DNA of 64,000 nt, taken from an uncultured Rhizobiaceae bacterium. GTDB taxonomy: Bacteria; Pseudomonadota; Alphaproteobacteria; UBA828. A program made the position numbers and the translations under genes. Positions 27,739 to 39,845 of the stretch are shown piece by piece. Numbering within the stretch: position 1 is the first letter of the stretch; the number at the start of each line of letters is the position of its first letter. The notes below the pieces were generated by a model, which was given only the letters and a program-made list of their open reading frames with translations, searched no databases and had not been told where the DNA came from. Where the stretch lies: assembly GCA_964413115.1 (NCBI GenBank), contig CAYPSQ010000003.1, forward strand, positions 23,174 to 87,173. Direction: 5' to 3'.

Positions 27739-30473
27739 GAAGCTCGGTACGCTTCTCCGTCAACGGACGCGACGTCAATGTGGCTGCACCCAGCGTCAAG
27801 CGCCTCGCCGATGTGCTACGCGACGATCTCGGCCTGAAAGGCACCAAAATCGGCTGCAACGCTGGTGATTGCGGCGCCTGCACCGTACTTATGGACGGCG
27901 AGCAGGTCTGCGCCTGCATGGTATCGCTGGCTCAGGCTGAGGGGCGCAAGGTTGCCACCATCGAAGGCCTCGCCAACGGTGCAGCCCTGCATGAGTTACA
28001 GGCGGCCTTTCACCGCCATGGTGCCGCGCAGTGCGGTATTTGCACTCCCGGCATGCTGATGGCCGCATGTGATTTGCTGGCGCGTGAGCCCGAGCCGAGC
28101 GAGATTCAAGTGAAAGACGCACTCGGCGGCGTGCTCTGTCGTTGTACCGGTTATCTAAAAATCATCGAAGCAGTTCTCGACGTATCAGGCGACGGTGTCG
28201 GTATCGTGCCACCGGCAGGTGCAGCGGTTGGCGCCCGTCTGGCCAAACTCGATGGACTGGACAAGCTGAATGGCGCTGAATCTTATGGCGCCGACGCGAT
28301 CCCTGAGGATGCGCTGTGGCTCCGCGTGGTGCGCTCGCCGCATGCGTTTGCGCGCTTCACTCTGGGCGATATGGCCGCCTTCGTCGCCGCCCATACCGGA
28401 CTCACCTGCGTGTTAACGGCAGCGGATGCACCGGAAAACCGCTACGCCATCATGCCAGGCCGCAAAGATCAGCCGGTTCTGGCGGAGGGCTTGGTGCGTC
28501 TTCGCGGCGAAGGCGTGATCGCCCTGGTCGGCGAGCGCGCAACCGTCGAAGCCATCCGAGATGCGGAGGTGCCGATCACCTATGAGCCGTTTAAAGCCAT
28601 GCTCGATATCGCCTCGGCGACGGCGCCTGGCGCTTTTCAACTGCATGACGACCGGCCTGGCAATATTCTTGCCGAGGGCCGAGTGAAGAAAGGCGATATC
28701 GGTACGTCCTTCAAAGCATGTGCTGCTATTGCTGAGGGTACGTTTGAAACCGCCTATGTCGAGCACGCCTATATCGAACCCGAAGCGGGCTGGGCGCGCC
28801 GTATCGGCGACCGCATGGAAGTCCATGTTTCCACCCAAACGCCGGTGATGGACCGCGACGAGGTCGCCGGCGTCCTCAAGCTCGCCAAAGAGAATGTTCG
28901 CATCATCCCGACCGCCTGCGGCGGAGGCTTTGGCGGTAAGCTTGATCTTTCGGTGCAGCCCCTAGTCGCGGTTGCTGCTTGGCTGACGAAGCGCCCTGTC
29001 GCCGCCATCTACAGCCGCCCGGAAAGCATGATGAGCACGACCAAGCGTCACCCGGCTTTCATGACGGCACGCTTCGGCTGCGACGCAGAAGGCCGCTTGC
29101 AGGCTGTCAAATTTCATGCCGACGTGAACACCGGTGGCTACGCCTCCTGGGGACCGACCGTCGCTGGGCGTGTCCCGGTCCATGCCATGGGCCCCTATCA
29201 AGTGCCCCATGTTGACACCAGTGGCCGCGCGGTGTTGACCAACGGCCCCTCCTGCGGCGCCTTCCGCGGTTTCGGAGTGCCGCAGGCGGCGATCGTTCAT
29301 GAAACCATGCTGGATGATCTTGCCGAGTCTCTTGGTCTCGATCGTCTTCAAATTCGCCTCCTGAATGCGCTCCGCACTGGACAGGCCACCGGCACCGGGC
29401 AGGTGCTGGAAGCTAGCTCCGGCCTTGCGCCTTGCCTCGAATTGCTCAAGGCGCATTGGCACGCCGCCCTGCGAGAAGTGGCCGCGTTCAACGCTACTGC
29501 TGGCCAGTGCCGCCGCGGCGCTGGCATCGGATGCATGTGGTACGGTATCGGCAATACGGGGCTCAGCAACCCCTCCAGCATGCGTGTCACGCTCGATAGT
29601 ACTGGCGAATTGATGCTTTATAACGGCGCCGTTGATATTGGCCAGGGTTCGACAACTATCATTGCGCAAATTTGTGCCGACGGGCTCGGCCTGCCGGTCG
29701 CGCAGATGAAGCAAGTTGTTGGCGATACCGACCTGACAGCGGATGCTGGCAAAACTTCCGCCTCACGGCAGACTTTTGTATCGGGAAAGGCAGCGCAGCT
29801 GGCCGGCGAGGATCTACGCCAAAATATATTGCGTTACGCTAATGCCGGTCCCGAGTCCGAGATCGAACTTACCGGTTCAATCGTAACAGTGCACGATGGC
29901 GATGAACGTCATCAAATTGACCTCTCCGCCCTTTCCGCAGGCAGTGACGGCACCGTCTTGGAAGGAAATGGTACGTTTGATCCGCCGACGGTTCCGCTAG
30001 ATGAGAACGGCCAGGGCTCTCCTTACGCCACCTACGGATTCGCCGCGCAGATCGCCACGGTCGAGGTGGATATGGAATTGGGCACCACCAAGGTACTGAA
30101 GATCACCGCCGCACATGATGTTGGGCGGGCCATCAATCCCATTCAAGTTGAGGGCCAGGTGCAAGGCGGAATCGCTCAGGGACTTGGCTTTGCACTGATG
30201 GAAGAATATATGCCGGAGCGGAGCGATAATCTGCATGATTATCTGATTCCAACAATCGGCGACATGCCCGAAGTCGAAGTGCTGGTGGTCGAGGAGGAAG
30301 AGCCGCTCGGTCCGTATGGCGCCAAAGGCGTCGGCGAGCCGGGATTAATCCCGACCGCTCCGGCGATCTTCGGTGCCATCCGTCATGCTGCCGGCATCCG
30401 TCTTACCCGCGCGCCTGCTCTACCGCATCGCGTGCGCGCGGCGATTCTATCTAAGGCGCAAGACAGTGACTGA
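27735..30473 (+). CDS. fused [2Fe-2S] ferredoxin-like and molybdopterin-binding subunit of a xanthine-dehydrogenase-family molybdo-hydroxylase
   Basis: Trimmed to the ATG overlapping the upstream stop (ATGA). N-terminus CNAGDCGACTV and CGICTPGM (two 2Fe-2S motifs). A roughly 750-aa Moco domain follows with GGGFGGK and active-site regions. Confidence 0.8.
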   Translation: MRSSVRFSVNGRDVNVAAPSVKRLADVLRDDLGLKGTKIGCNAGDCGACTVLMDGEQVCACMVSLAQAEGRKVATIEGLANGAALHELQAAFHRHGAAQCGICTPGMLMAACDLLAREPEPSEIQVKDALGGVLCRCTGYLKIIEAVLDVSGDGVGIVPPAGAAVGARLAKLDGLDKLNGAESYGADAIPEDALWLRVVRSPHAFARFTLGDMAAFVAAHTGLTCVLTAADAPENRYAIMPGRKDQPVLAEGLVRLRGEGVIALVGERATVEAIRDAEVPITYEPFKAMLDIASATAPGAFQLHDDRPGNILAEGRVKKGDIGTSFKACAAIAEGTFETAYVEHAYIEPEAGWARRIGDRMEVHVSTQTPVMDRDEVAGVLKLAKENVRIIPTACGGGFGGKLDLSVQPLVAVAAWLTKRPVAAIYSRPESMMSTTKRHPAFMTARFGCDAEGRLQAVKFHADVNTGGYASWGPTVAGRVPVHAMGPYQVPHVDTSGRAVLTNGPSCGAFRGFGVPQAAIVHETMLDDLAESLGLDRLQIRLLNALRTGQATGTGQVLEASSGLAPCLELLKAHWHAALREVAAFNATAGQCRRGAGIGCMWYGIGNTGLSNPSSMRVTLDSTGELMLYNGAVDIGQGSTTIIAQICADGLGLPVAQMKQVVGDTDLTADAGKTSASRQTFVSGKAAQLAGEDLRQNILRYANAGPESEIELTGSIVTVHDGDERHQIDLSALSAGSDGTVLEGNGTFDPPTVPLDENGQGSPYATYGFAAQIATVEVDMELGTTKVLKITAAHDVGRAINPIQVEGQVQGGIAQGLGFALMEEYMPERSDNLHDYLIPTIGDMPEVEVLVVEEEEPLGPYGAKGVGEPGLIPTAPAIFGAIRHAAGIRLTRAPALPHRVRAAILSKAQDSD

Positions 30474-31914
30474 GACTGGCGGCAGCATTATTCGCTGTGA
30501 TGCTTGCCCGGTGCTGTGCCGCATCCGCGAAGGCAAGTCCGGCGCTTGCGATCGCTACGCCAATGTCGATGGCAAACTCACTCGTCTCGACCCCCTATTG
30601 GTGGCCAGCCGTTCGGATAAACTGGTACCGTTCATGGAGGGCAACCAGGCATGGTCGGGCGAGATGCTGACGCCGGCCGAGAGTTTTGTCACCGGGTTCG
30701 GCTCGGGTACCACCTACCCGGATTACAAGCCGGCGCCCTTTATCGTCTCCGCAGAAATCGATGGTGTCGACATGATCACTGTCGTCTCTGAAGGCATTTT
30801 CAGCTATTGCGGCGTCAAGGTGAAAGTCGATACCGATCGTTATCTCGGCCCCGAGCAAGCCGTCGTGCGTTGCAAGGGCGAGCCAATCGGCCATGTCACC
30901 ACGGCGGAATATGGCTCGCAGATGCTTTCTCTCGGCGGCGTGCGCCATTTTACCGGCGGCTCCAAGCGTGAGGGCACGGTTACCTGCGAAGCGCTCCTTG
31001 CCATGTGCAATGGCGAGGCGGTGGAACTTTCCGTCGATGACGGCTCTTCCGTTGTGGTGCAGGCTGGCGCCGCACCGATCGTCGACGGTGAACAGGAGCA
31101 TCGCATGCGCGTCGGCTGCGGTTCCGCCGCGATGGGCATATTTGCCCAGCAATGGTTCGGCCAAGCTGATGAGGTGATCGTGGTGGACGACCATATTACC
31201 GGCGTGATGAGTGAGCATATGGCCGGGCAATTTCTCGATGTGCCGCCGGCAGGCATTCGTGTGCGCGGGCGGCGGTCTACGCCGGGGCGCTACTTTCAGG
31301 TTGCCGGGCACGGCTCCGGTTGGGGCGGCACGGATGTTGACGACCCGTTGGAAATCATCGAGCGCATCGACCCCAAGAAAGCCTGGCCGGGTCTGCGTCT
31401 CCATATGGTTTCAACCACCGGCGAGGATGCTGCCTGGTATGTACTCGACGATAATTTGAAGCCCGTGCCCGGAGATATGCCGGAAGCTATCGAAACCGTC
31501 GTGGCGCGCATCGCCGAGAACTGCGAACCAGCGCTCTCGACGGTGCTGTTCATGGCCGGTGCCGGCGGCAGCCTCCGCGCTGGGGTGACCGAAAATCCGG
31601 TGCGCCTGCCCAAATCGGTAAAGTCCGCATTGACCCGCGTCACCTGCGGCGGCGCGCCGGTTTATATTTGGCCGGGCGGCGGTATCACTCTAATGGTTGA
31701 TGTCATGCGCATGCCGAAAAATTCTTTTGGTTATGTGCCCACGCCTGCTCTGGTGGCGCCGATTGAATTTAATTTGACGCGTGAAAATTACGCCGCACTC
31801 GGCGGCCACATCAGCGCCATTGTCGGGCTCGACCAGTTGCCGGGGCAGGGAAACAACATGCGCGTCGACGCTTGGAACGATGCCAACCCTTGGCCGGTAG
31901 GGACAGGCGCGTGA
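30466..31914 (+). CDS. Cys-rich protein of the family commonly annotated 6-hydroxynicotinate reductase (uncharacterised reductase-like)
   Basis: GTG start overlapping the upstream stop (GTGACTGA). N-terminal IIRCDACPVLCRIREGKSGACDRY four-Cys motif. About 482 aa. Name is by family recollection only. Confidence 0.4.
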   Translation: MTETGGSIIRCDACPVLCRIREGKSGACDRYANVDGKLTRLDPLLVASRSDKLVPFMEGNQAWSGEMLTPAESFVTGFGSGTTYPDYKPAPFIVSAEIDGVDMITVVSEGIFSYCGVKVKVDTDRYLGPEQAVVRCKGEPIGHVTTAEYGSQMLSLGGVRHFTGGSKREGTVTCEALLAMCNGEAVELSVDDGSSVVVQAGAAPIVDGEQEHRMRVGCGSAAMGIFAQQWFGQADEVIVVDDHITGVMSEHMAGQFLDVPPAGIRVRGRRSTPGRYFQVAGHGSGWGGTDVDDPLEIIERIDPKKAWPGLRLHMVSTTGEDAAWYVLDDNLKPVPGDMPEAIETVVARIAENCEPALSTVLFMAGAGGSLRAGVTENPVRLPKSVKSALTRVTCGGAPVYIWPGGGITLMVDVMRMPKNSFGYVPTPALVAPIEFNLTRENYAALGGHISAIVGLDQLPGQGNNMRVDAWNDANPWPVGTGA

Positions 31915-32780
31915 CCGGCGGCGCGCAAATCGCGCCGTTGCCAGATGGCCGGCGGTTGCATCTCAATCACGGTCCCATTGATATCATTGCCCTGGCAGAG
32001 GGTGACGGAGCAGAAGTCATGGAGGCCTATAGCCAAGCCGGCGTGCGCTTCGCCGCAATCCTCGATGAACTTGTGGCTGAGTTGGCGCGCCTGCGCGCGC
32101 CTGTCGGCGCGGCGCGGCCGTTCCACACCGGCGCTGTGGCGCGGCGCATGGTGGCTGCGGTTTGGCCGCACCGGGGTGCCTTCGTGACGCCGATGGCGGC
32201 GGTGGCGGGCGCCGTCGCAGATGAAGTGCTTGCTGCATTGGTCGCAGGGCGCAATCTGGACCGGGTCTACATCAACAATGGCGGCGATATCGCCTTTCAC
32301 CTCGCCGGCGGCCAATCTTTCGATGCCGGTATCGTCGATGATGTCGATGCGCCTGACATGGATACGCGGGTGCGGCTCACACATGACATGCCGGTACGAG
32401 GCGTGGCAACCTCTGGCTGGCGTGGGCGTTCGCACTCGCTCGGCATCGCCGACGCCGTCACCGTGCTGGCGCGCTCCGCCGCCGAGGCCGATGTTGCAGC
32501 CACGCTGATTGCCAATAGGGTCAATGTGGGTCATCCGGCGATCGCGCGCGCGGCGGCAAATTCACTCTTTGACGATAGCGACCTGGGCGATCTCCCGGTG
32601 ACCGTCGCGGTGGACGAATTGCCAGATGACGCGGTCGAAGAAGCGCTTGGTGCCGGCCTGGCCCAGGCCAGCACCATGCACGCCAAGGGGCTCATTTTCA
32701 GCGCCTATCTCTCGCTTCAGGGTCGAGCGAAATCGGTTTCTACCGTGGCGCAGCTATCGGCGGCCGGAGGTGTCGCTTGA
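31911..32780 (+). CDS. UPF0280-like (ApbE-like superfamily) protein, partner of the preceding gene
   Basis: GTG start overlapping the upstream stop (GTGA). About 289 aa. Gly/Ala-rich. Composition and context resemble UPF0280 proteins. Confidence 0.35.
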   Translation: MTGGAQIAPLPDGRRLHLNHGPIDIIALAEGDGAEVMEAYSQAGVRFAAILDELVAELARLRAPVGAARPFHTGAVARRMVAAVWPHRGAFVTPMAAVAGAVADEVLAALVAGRNLDRVYINNGGDIAFHLAGGQSFDAGIVDDVDAPDMDTRVRLTHDMPVRGVATSGWRGRSHSLGIADAVTVLARSAAEADVAATLIANRVNVGHPAIARAAANSLFDDSDLGDLPVTVAVDELPDDAVEEALGAGLAQASTMHAKGLIFSAYLSLQGRAKSVSTVAQLSAAGGVA

Positions 32781-34816
32781 GCGGCGCGATTGTCGGCATC
32801 GATGTCGGTGGCACCTTCACTGACCTCGTCTTTATGGAGCCAGACAGCGGCGATGTGCGTATCGCCAAGGTGCCGACAACGCCCGGCAATCAGGCGGAAG
32901 GCTTCATGGCGGCGCTAACCGAAGCCAGCGTCGATTTGGCCTCGGTCGCCAATATTAGCCATGGCACCACCACCACCACCAACGCCCTGTTGGAACGCAA
33001 GCTCAGCAAATGCGGGTTAATCACCACCAAGGGTTTTCGCGACGTGCTCGAACTCGGCCGCCGTACCCGCCCCCAGCCTTACGGTCTGATCGGTCAGTTC
33101 ATCCCTCTGGTGCCGCGCGAATTACGGCTAGAAGTGGCCGAGCGCATGGATGCTGATGGGAATGTTCTAACTCCCTTGGACGAGGAATCGTTGCGCGGAT
33201 CTGTGCGCGAGTTGATTGCGGCAGGCTGCGAATCTCTGGTCGTGCATTTTCTCCACAGCTACCGCAATCCGGCGCATGAGCGCCGCGCGGTCGAAATCGC
33301 ACAAGAGCTGTGGCCCAATGAATATATCACCGCTGGCCACGCCATCTTGTCGGAATACCGAGAATATGAGCGTGGCGTGACGGCCACCGTGAACGCCTGT
33401 GTGCAGCCGGTGTTGCAACGCTATCTTGTAAACCTGCGGCGCGAACTGGCCGATGGTGGCTTTCGCTACGATCTTTTGGTCATGCAAGGGAATGGTGGCA
33501 GTGTCTCATCCGGCATCGCTGCTGAGGCGGCGGTGAACACGGTGATGTCCGGTCCTGCTTCAGGAGTCATGGCGGCGGCGGCCACGGCCCGCGCCACCGG
33601 CATTGATAATCTCATTACCTTCGATACTGGCGGCACCAGTTGTGATGTCGGTTTGGTGCAGGGAGGCGTGCCCGACGTGACCTCCGAGATGGAGCTCGAA
33701 TACGCCATGCCGATTCACGTGCCGATGGTAGATGTGCATACCATCGGCGCCGGCGGCGGCTCGAGCGCCTTCGTCAATGAGGCCGGCATGTTGCAGGTCG
33801 GGCCAGAAAGCGCCGGCGCTCAGCCGGGGCCAATCTGTTACGGCAGGGGCGGCACACGCCCGACAATTACCGATGCCAACCTGCTGCTCGGGCGCCTTGA
33901 TCCGGCCGGCCTTCTTGGCGTCGCTGGCGACGCGCCGCTCGATGCAGTACGCGGCGCGATTAACCAAGAAATTTGCCAGCCGCTCGGTCTCGGGCTCGAA
34001 CAGGCGGCGGCGGCGATTATCGATATCGGCAACGACCGCATGGCCGGCGCCATCCGCATGGTGACCCTGGCGCGCGGCCATGATCCGCGTGATTTTACCC
34101 TGTTCGCGTTCGGCGGCGCCGGGCCGATGCACGCCGCCGCTCTGGCGCGCGAATTGAGCATCCCGCGCGTGCTGATACCGGCGCGCCCCGGCATCACCAA
34201 CGCCATCGGCTGCATCACCGCCGATTTGCGCCATGACTATGTGAATACCCTGAACGCCCCGCTTTCGGTTCTCGACGTCGCCGAGGCGCACGCAATCCTC
34301 GAGGCACAAATCGAAGAAGGCCGGTCCACAATCGGCCGCGAGGGCGTCGCCGTGACCACCATCGATTGTCTCCATTTCGCCGACATGCAGTTTGAGGGCC
34401 AGACCCATCTGCTCACCGTTCCGCTAAGCGGAACTGAGGTGCAGGTCGCCCAACTGCAGGCCGCCTTCGAGGCCGTCTATTTCGATCGCTTTCATGTTGA
34501 GCTCGAAGAAATCCGTGCGGTTCTGGTGAGCCTCCATACGGCTGTGATCGGGCGCCGGCCGGGCGCCCCCCTGGAAGCGCTGGCGGCGGTCGGCCATAAT
34601 AACTCCCTGGCCGATGCACGGCGCGGACAGCGCACTGTTTGGTTTGTCGGAAGCTTGCATGAGACGCCGATCTATCAGCGCAACCTTCTGCCCGCTGATA
34701 TGACGCTCGATGGTCCCGCTATCATCGAACAGATGGATTGCACCATTGTCGTCGAGCCGGGAAACCGCGTGACATTGGATGACCTCGGCAATTTAGTAAT
34801 CGAGGTGGCGAGATGA
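32777..34816 (+). CDS. hydantoinase/oxoprolinase family protein (HyuA-type), pair 2
   Basis: 679 aa. GIDVGGTFTDLV motif. ATGA overlap with the upstream gene. Confidence 0.85.
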   Translation: MSGAIVGIDVGGTFTDLVFMEPDSGDVRIAKVPTTPGNQAEGFMAALTEASVDLASVANISHGTTTTTNALLERKLSKCGLITTKGFRDVLELGRRTRPQPYGLIGQFIPLVPRELRLEVAERMDADGNVLTPLDEESLRGSVRELIAAGCESLVVHFLHSYRNPAHERRAVEIAQELWPNEYITAGHAILSEYREYERGVTATVNACVQPVLQRYLVNLRRELADGGFRYDLLVMQGNGGSVSSGIAAEAAVNTVMSGPASGVMAAAATARATGIDNLITFDTGGTSCDVGLVQGGVPDVTSEMELEYAMPIHVPMVDVHTIGAGGGSSAFVNEAGMLQVGPESAGAQPGPICYGRGGTRPTITDANLLLGRLDPAGLLGVAGDAPLDAVRGAINQEICQPLGLGLEQAAAAIIDIGNDRMAGAIRMVTLARGHDPRDFTLFAFGGAGPMHAAALARELSIPRVLIPARPGITNAIGCITADLRHDYVNTLNAPLSVLDVAEAHAILEAQIEEGRSTIGREGVAVTTIDCLHFADMQFEGQTHLLTVPLSGTEVQVAQLQAAFEAVYFDRFHVELEEIRAVLVSLHTAVIGRRPGAPLEALAAVGHNNSLADARRGQRTVWFVGSLHETPIYQRNLLPADMTLDGPAIIEQMDCTIVVEPGNRVTLDDLGNLVIEVAR

Positions 34817-36552
34817 GTGCGATCGATCCGGTCACTCTCTCGGTGGTACAAAGCGGCCTGCAACAAGTATGCAACGAGATGGATTTGGCTTTCGTGCGCT
34901 CGGCTTTCAGCCCGGTTATATCGGAGGCGCTCGATCGCTCGGACGGCATATATTCCAAGGATGACGGTTCGCTCATTGCCCAGGGTGAGCTCGGCCTGCC
35001 GGTATTTGTTGGTACCATGCAATTTTCAACACGCAACGTCATCGAACGCGCGCCCGAAATCTCGCCCGGCGATATTTTCGCCGTCAACGACCCCTATCTT
35101 GGGGGCACCCATCTGATGGATGTGCGGTTTCATATGCCGTTTTATTACCAGGGCAAGTTGTTTGCCTGGCTCTCCAACACCGGCCATTGGCCAGATACCG
35201 GCGGTATGGTGCCAGGCGGCTTTTCCGCCCACGCCACAGAGGTCGAGCAGGAGGGTCTACGTTTTCCGCCGGTCAAGCTCTACAAAAAAGGCACCCTCGA
35301 TCAGGAAATTATCTCTATCTTCCTCTCCAACATGCGTATCGCCGACCAGCGCATCGGCGATATCAAGGCACAATCCGCGGCGCTTTTTGTCGGTGAGCGC
35401 CGCCTCACTGCACTCCTCGACAAATACGGCGTTAATCTGGTGAACGCGGTAATCAAAGAGATGCGCAGTCGTGCCGCTCGGCAAATGCGCGCGCGCATCT
35501 GCACCATCCCCGATGGCGTCTATCAGGGCCTCTCCTGCGTTGATTCAGACGGTGTGGTAAACGAGCCACTCAAGATCAACCTAAAAATAACCAAACAAGA
35601 TGGCGATCTTTATTTCGATCTATCGGGATCGAGTCCCCCTTGCCAGGGTCCGATGAATAGCGTGCTCGCCACCACAAAATCCTCCATTTATCTGGCGATG
35701 AAGCACATCTTTCCGGAAGTGCCAATCAATGCCGGCACATTTGAGCCGCTCCATATCACCGATCCCGAGGGCACGTTCCTCTACGCGAAGTATCCCCGCC
35801 CGGTCTCCGGCTGCGCTGCAGAAGTAAGCCAGCGTATCGCCGAAGCGGTATTCGATGCCCTGGCCGAAGCGATTCCTGAGCGCCTGTTCGCCGCACCCGC
35901 CGGTACGTCAGGAAATTTTGCGCTTGGTGGTTACGATCCTGAGCGCAAGCGCGCCTATGTGCTTTATTTCTTCACTGGTGGTGGCTATGGCGGCTCCCCG
36001 CAGGGCGATGGCCTGACCAACGGCTGCTCGACCATCGGCATTTCGAAATCGCAACCGGTCGAAGTTCTGGAACAACGCTATCCGGTGCTATTCGACGAAT
36101 ATTCCCTGCATGAGGGTTCGGGCGGCGCTGGAGAATATCGCGGCGGCTTCGGTATTAATTACACCGTGCGCCTGCGGCGTGGTACGGCACGCGCCTCGAT
36201 GGTGATGGATCATGGCCGTGTCGGGCCAAACGGCATGGCCGGTGGCGCACCCGGCGGCGTCAACCGAGTTAGAGTCACGCGCGAGGACGGTATGTACCAC
36301 CCGCCGCATCTCTCCAAAGATCAGGATATCGCTCTCGCTGCCGGCGAATGCGTGCATATTTCAACGCCAGGCGGCGGCGGTTACGGCGACGCATACGCCC
36401 GCGATCCGGAGCAAGTTTTACTGGATGTGCGGCGCGGCTATTACGCGCCTGAGGAAGCCGAGAGCCTGTTCGCCGTGGCGCTGACGAAAGACCCGCTTGG
36501 CCTCAACGCAGAAACAACGGCGACACGGCGCCGCAAAAAGGTGACCGAATAG
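34813..36552 (+). CDS. hydantoinase B/oxoprolinase family protein (HyuB-type), pair 2
   Basis: 579 aa. NDPYLGGTHLMD, GGGGYGD. 4-bp overlap with hyuA. Confidence 0.85.
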   Translation: MSAIDPVTLSVVQSGLQQVCNEMDLAFVRSAFSPVISEALDRSDGIYSKDDGSLIAQGELGLPVFVGTMQFSTRNVIERAPEISPGDIFAVNDPYLGGTHLMDVRFHMPFYYQGKLFAWLSNTGHWPDTGGMVPGGFSAHATEVEQEGLRFPPVKLYKKGTLDQEIISIFLSNMRIADQRIGDIKAQSAALFVGERRLTALLDKYGVNLVNAVIKEMRSRAARQMRARICTIPDGVYQGLSCVDSDGVVNEPLKINLKITKQDGDLYFDLSGSSPPCQGPMNSVLATTKSSIYLAMKHIFPEVPINAGTFEPLHITDPEGTFLYAKYPRPVSGCAAEVSQRIAEAVFDALAEAIPERLFAAPAGTSGNFALGGYDPERKRAYVLYFFTGGGYGGSPQGDGLTNGCSTIGISKSQPVEVLEQRYPVLFDEYSLHEGSGGAGEYRGGFGINYTVRLRRGTARASMVMDHGRVGPNGMAGGAPGGVNRVRVTREDGMYHPPHLSKDQDIALAAGECVHISTPGGGGYGDAYARDPEQVLLDVRRGYYAPEEAESLFAVALTKDPLGLNAETTATRRRKKVTE

Positions 36553-36557
36553 ATATC

Positions 36558-37141
36558 CTAGGGCAGGGCCGTCAGGCCGCCATCCACCGTCAATTCTGTT
36601 CCTGTTAAAGGGCGTTTGGCAGCAGGAACGGACTGTTCATATCCCGGGGCGTGTATAGGCGTTTGAAGGGCATATAACCTGCGATCATTTCGCCCCAAGC
36701 CAGATCATCGTACCAACGCTTCTGCATTGGCAACAGGGCCGGGCTGGGAAAGATCACGTTGGAGCGGATATTGTGGGTGGCGAACTAGATGGCGACCGAT
36801 TTTGATAGCGCTACCATGCCGGCCTTGGAGGCTTGTCAGGCTTCCTGGGGTAGAGTATCGCCGCGTAGGCGTTGGATTGTAGAAATATGTACCATTGCAC
36901 CGCTGCCCGTCTGTTTCATTTACGGCACGGTGTGCGCACAGTATGTACGACCTAATTGAGGTTGATGGGAAACACACTGGTCCCACACTTGTAGGTTCAT
37001 ATCGACCACCGATTCTCGCTAACGTGTCCCGGGACATAGTGTGCCCGCTTGCATTAGGCACGTTGCTGCGGCTAGTCCCATGCCACCGCGGGCGCCAGTG
37101 ACAAAGGCGCTCTAGCCTGAAATATTCGCGCTCCAGTCCAT
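36558..37141 (-). pseudogene. disrupted SDR-family oxidoreductase pseudogene
   Basis: N-terminus MDWSANISG*SAFVTGARGGMGLAAA carries an in-frame TAG ahead of the TGxxxGxG motif. Two further frameshifts separate C-terminal SDR blocks (...KRLYTPRDMNSPFLLP and AKRPLTGTELTVDGGLTALP*). Too short overall (584 bp) and AT-richer than the surroundings. Confidence 0.6.
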
Positions 37142-37178
37142 AGTGTACAGTTCTCTCCTATTTTTCTGATGTCGGCGG

Positions 37179-39841
<2,663 letters not shown>

Positions 39842-39845
<4 letters not shown>

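Noticed and set aside
28962-29714. Long antisense ORFs inside real genes (for example 28962-29714, 30595-31404, 33560-34408, 31788-32534, 45177-45740, 52233-52823, 7290-8003, 10250-10834)
   Set aside because: Typical high-GC artefacts. They lie opposite strongly supported genes, and their Arg/Ala/Pro-rich translations show no motifs.
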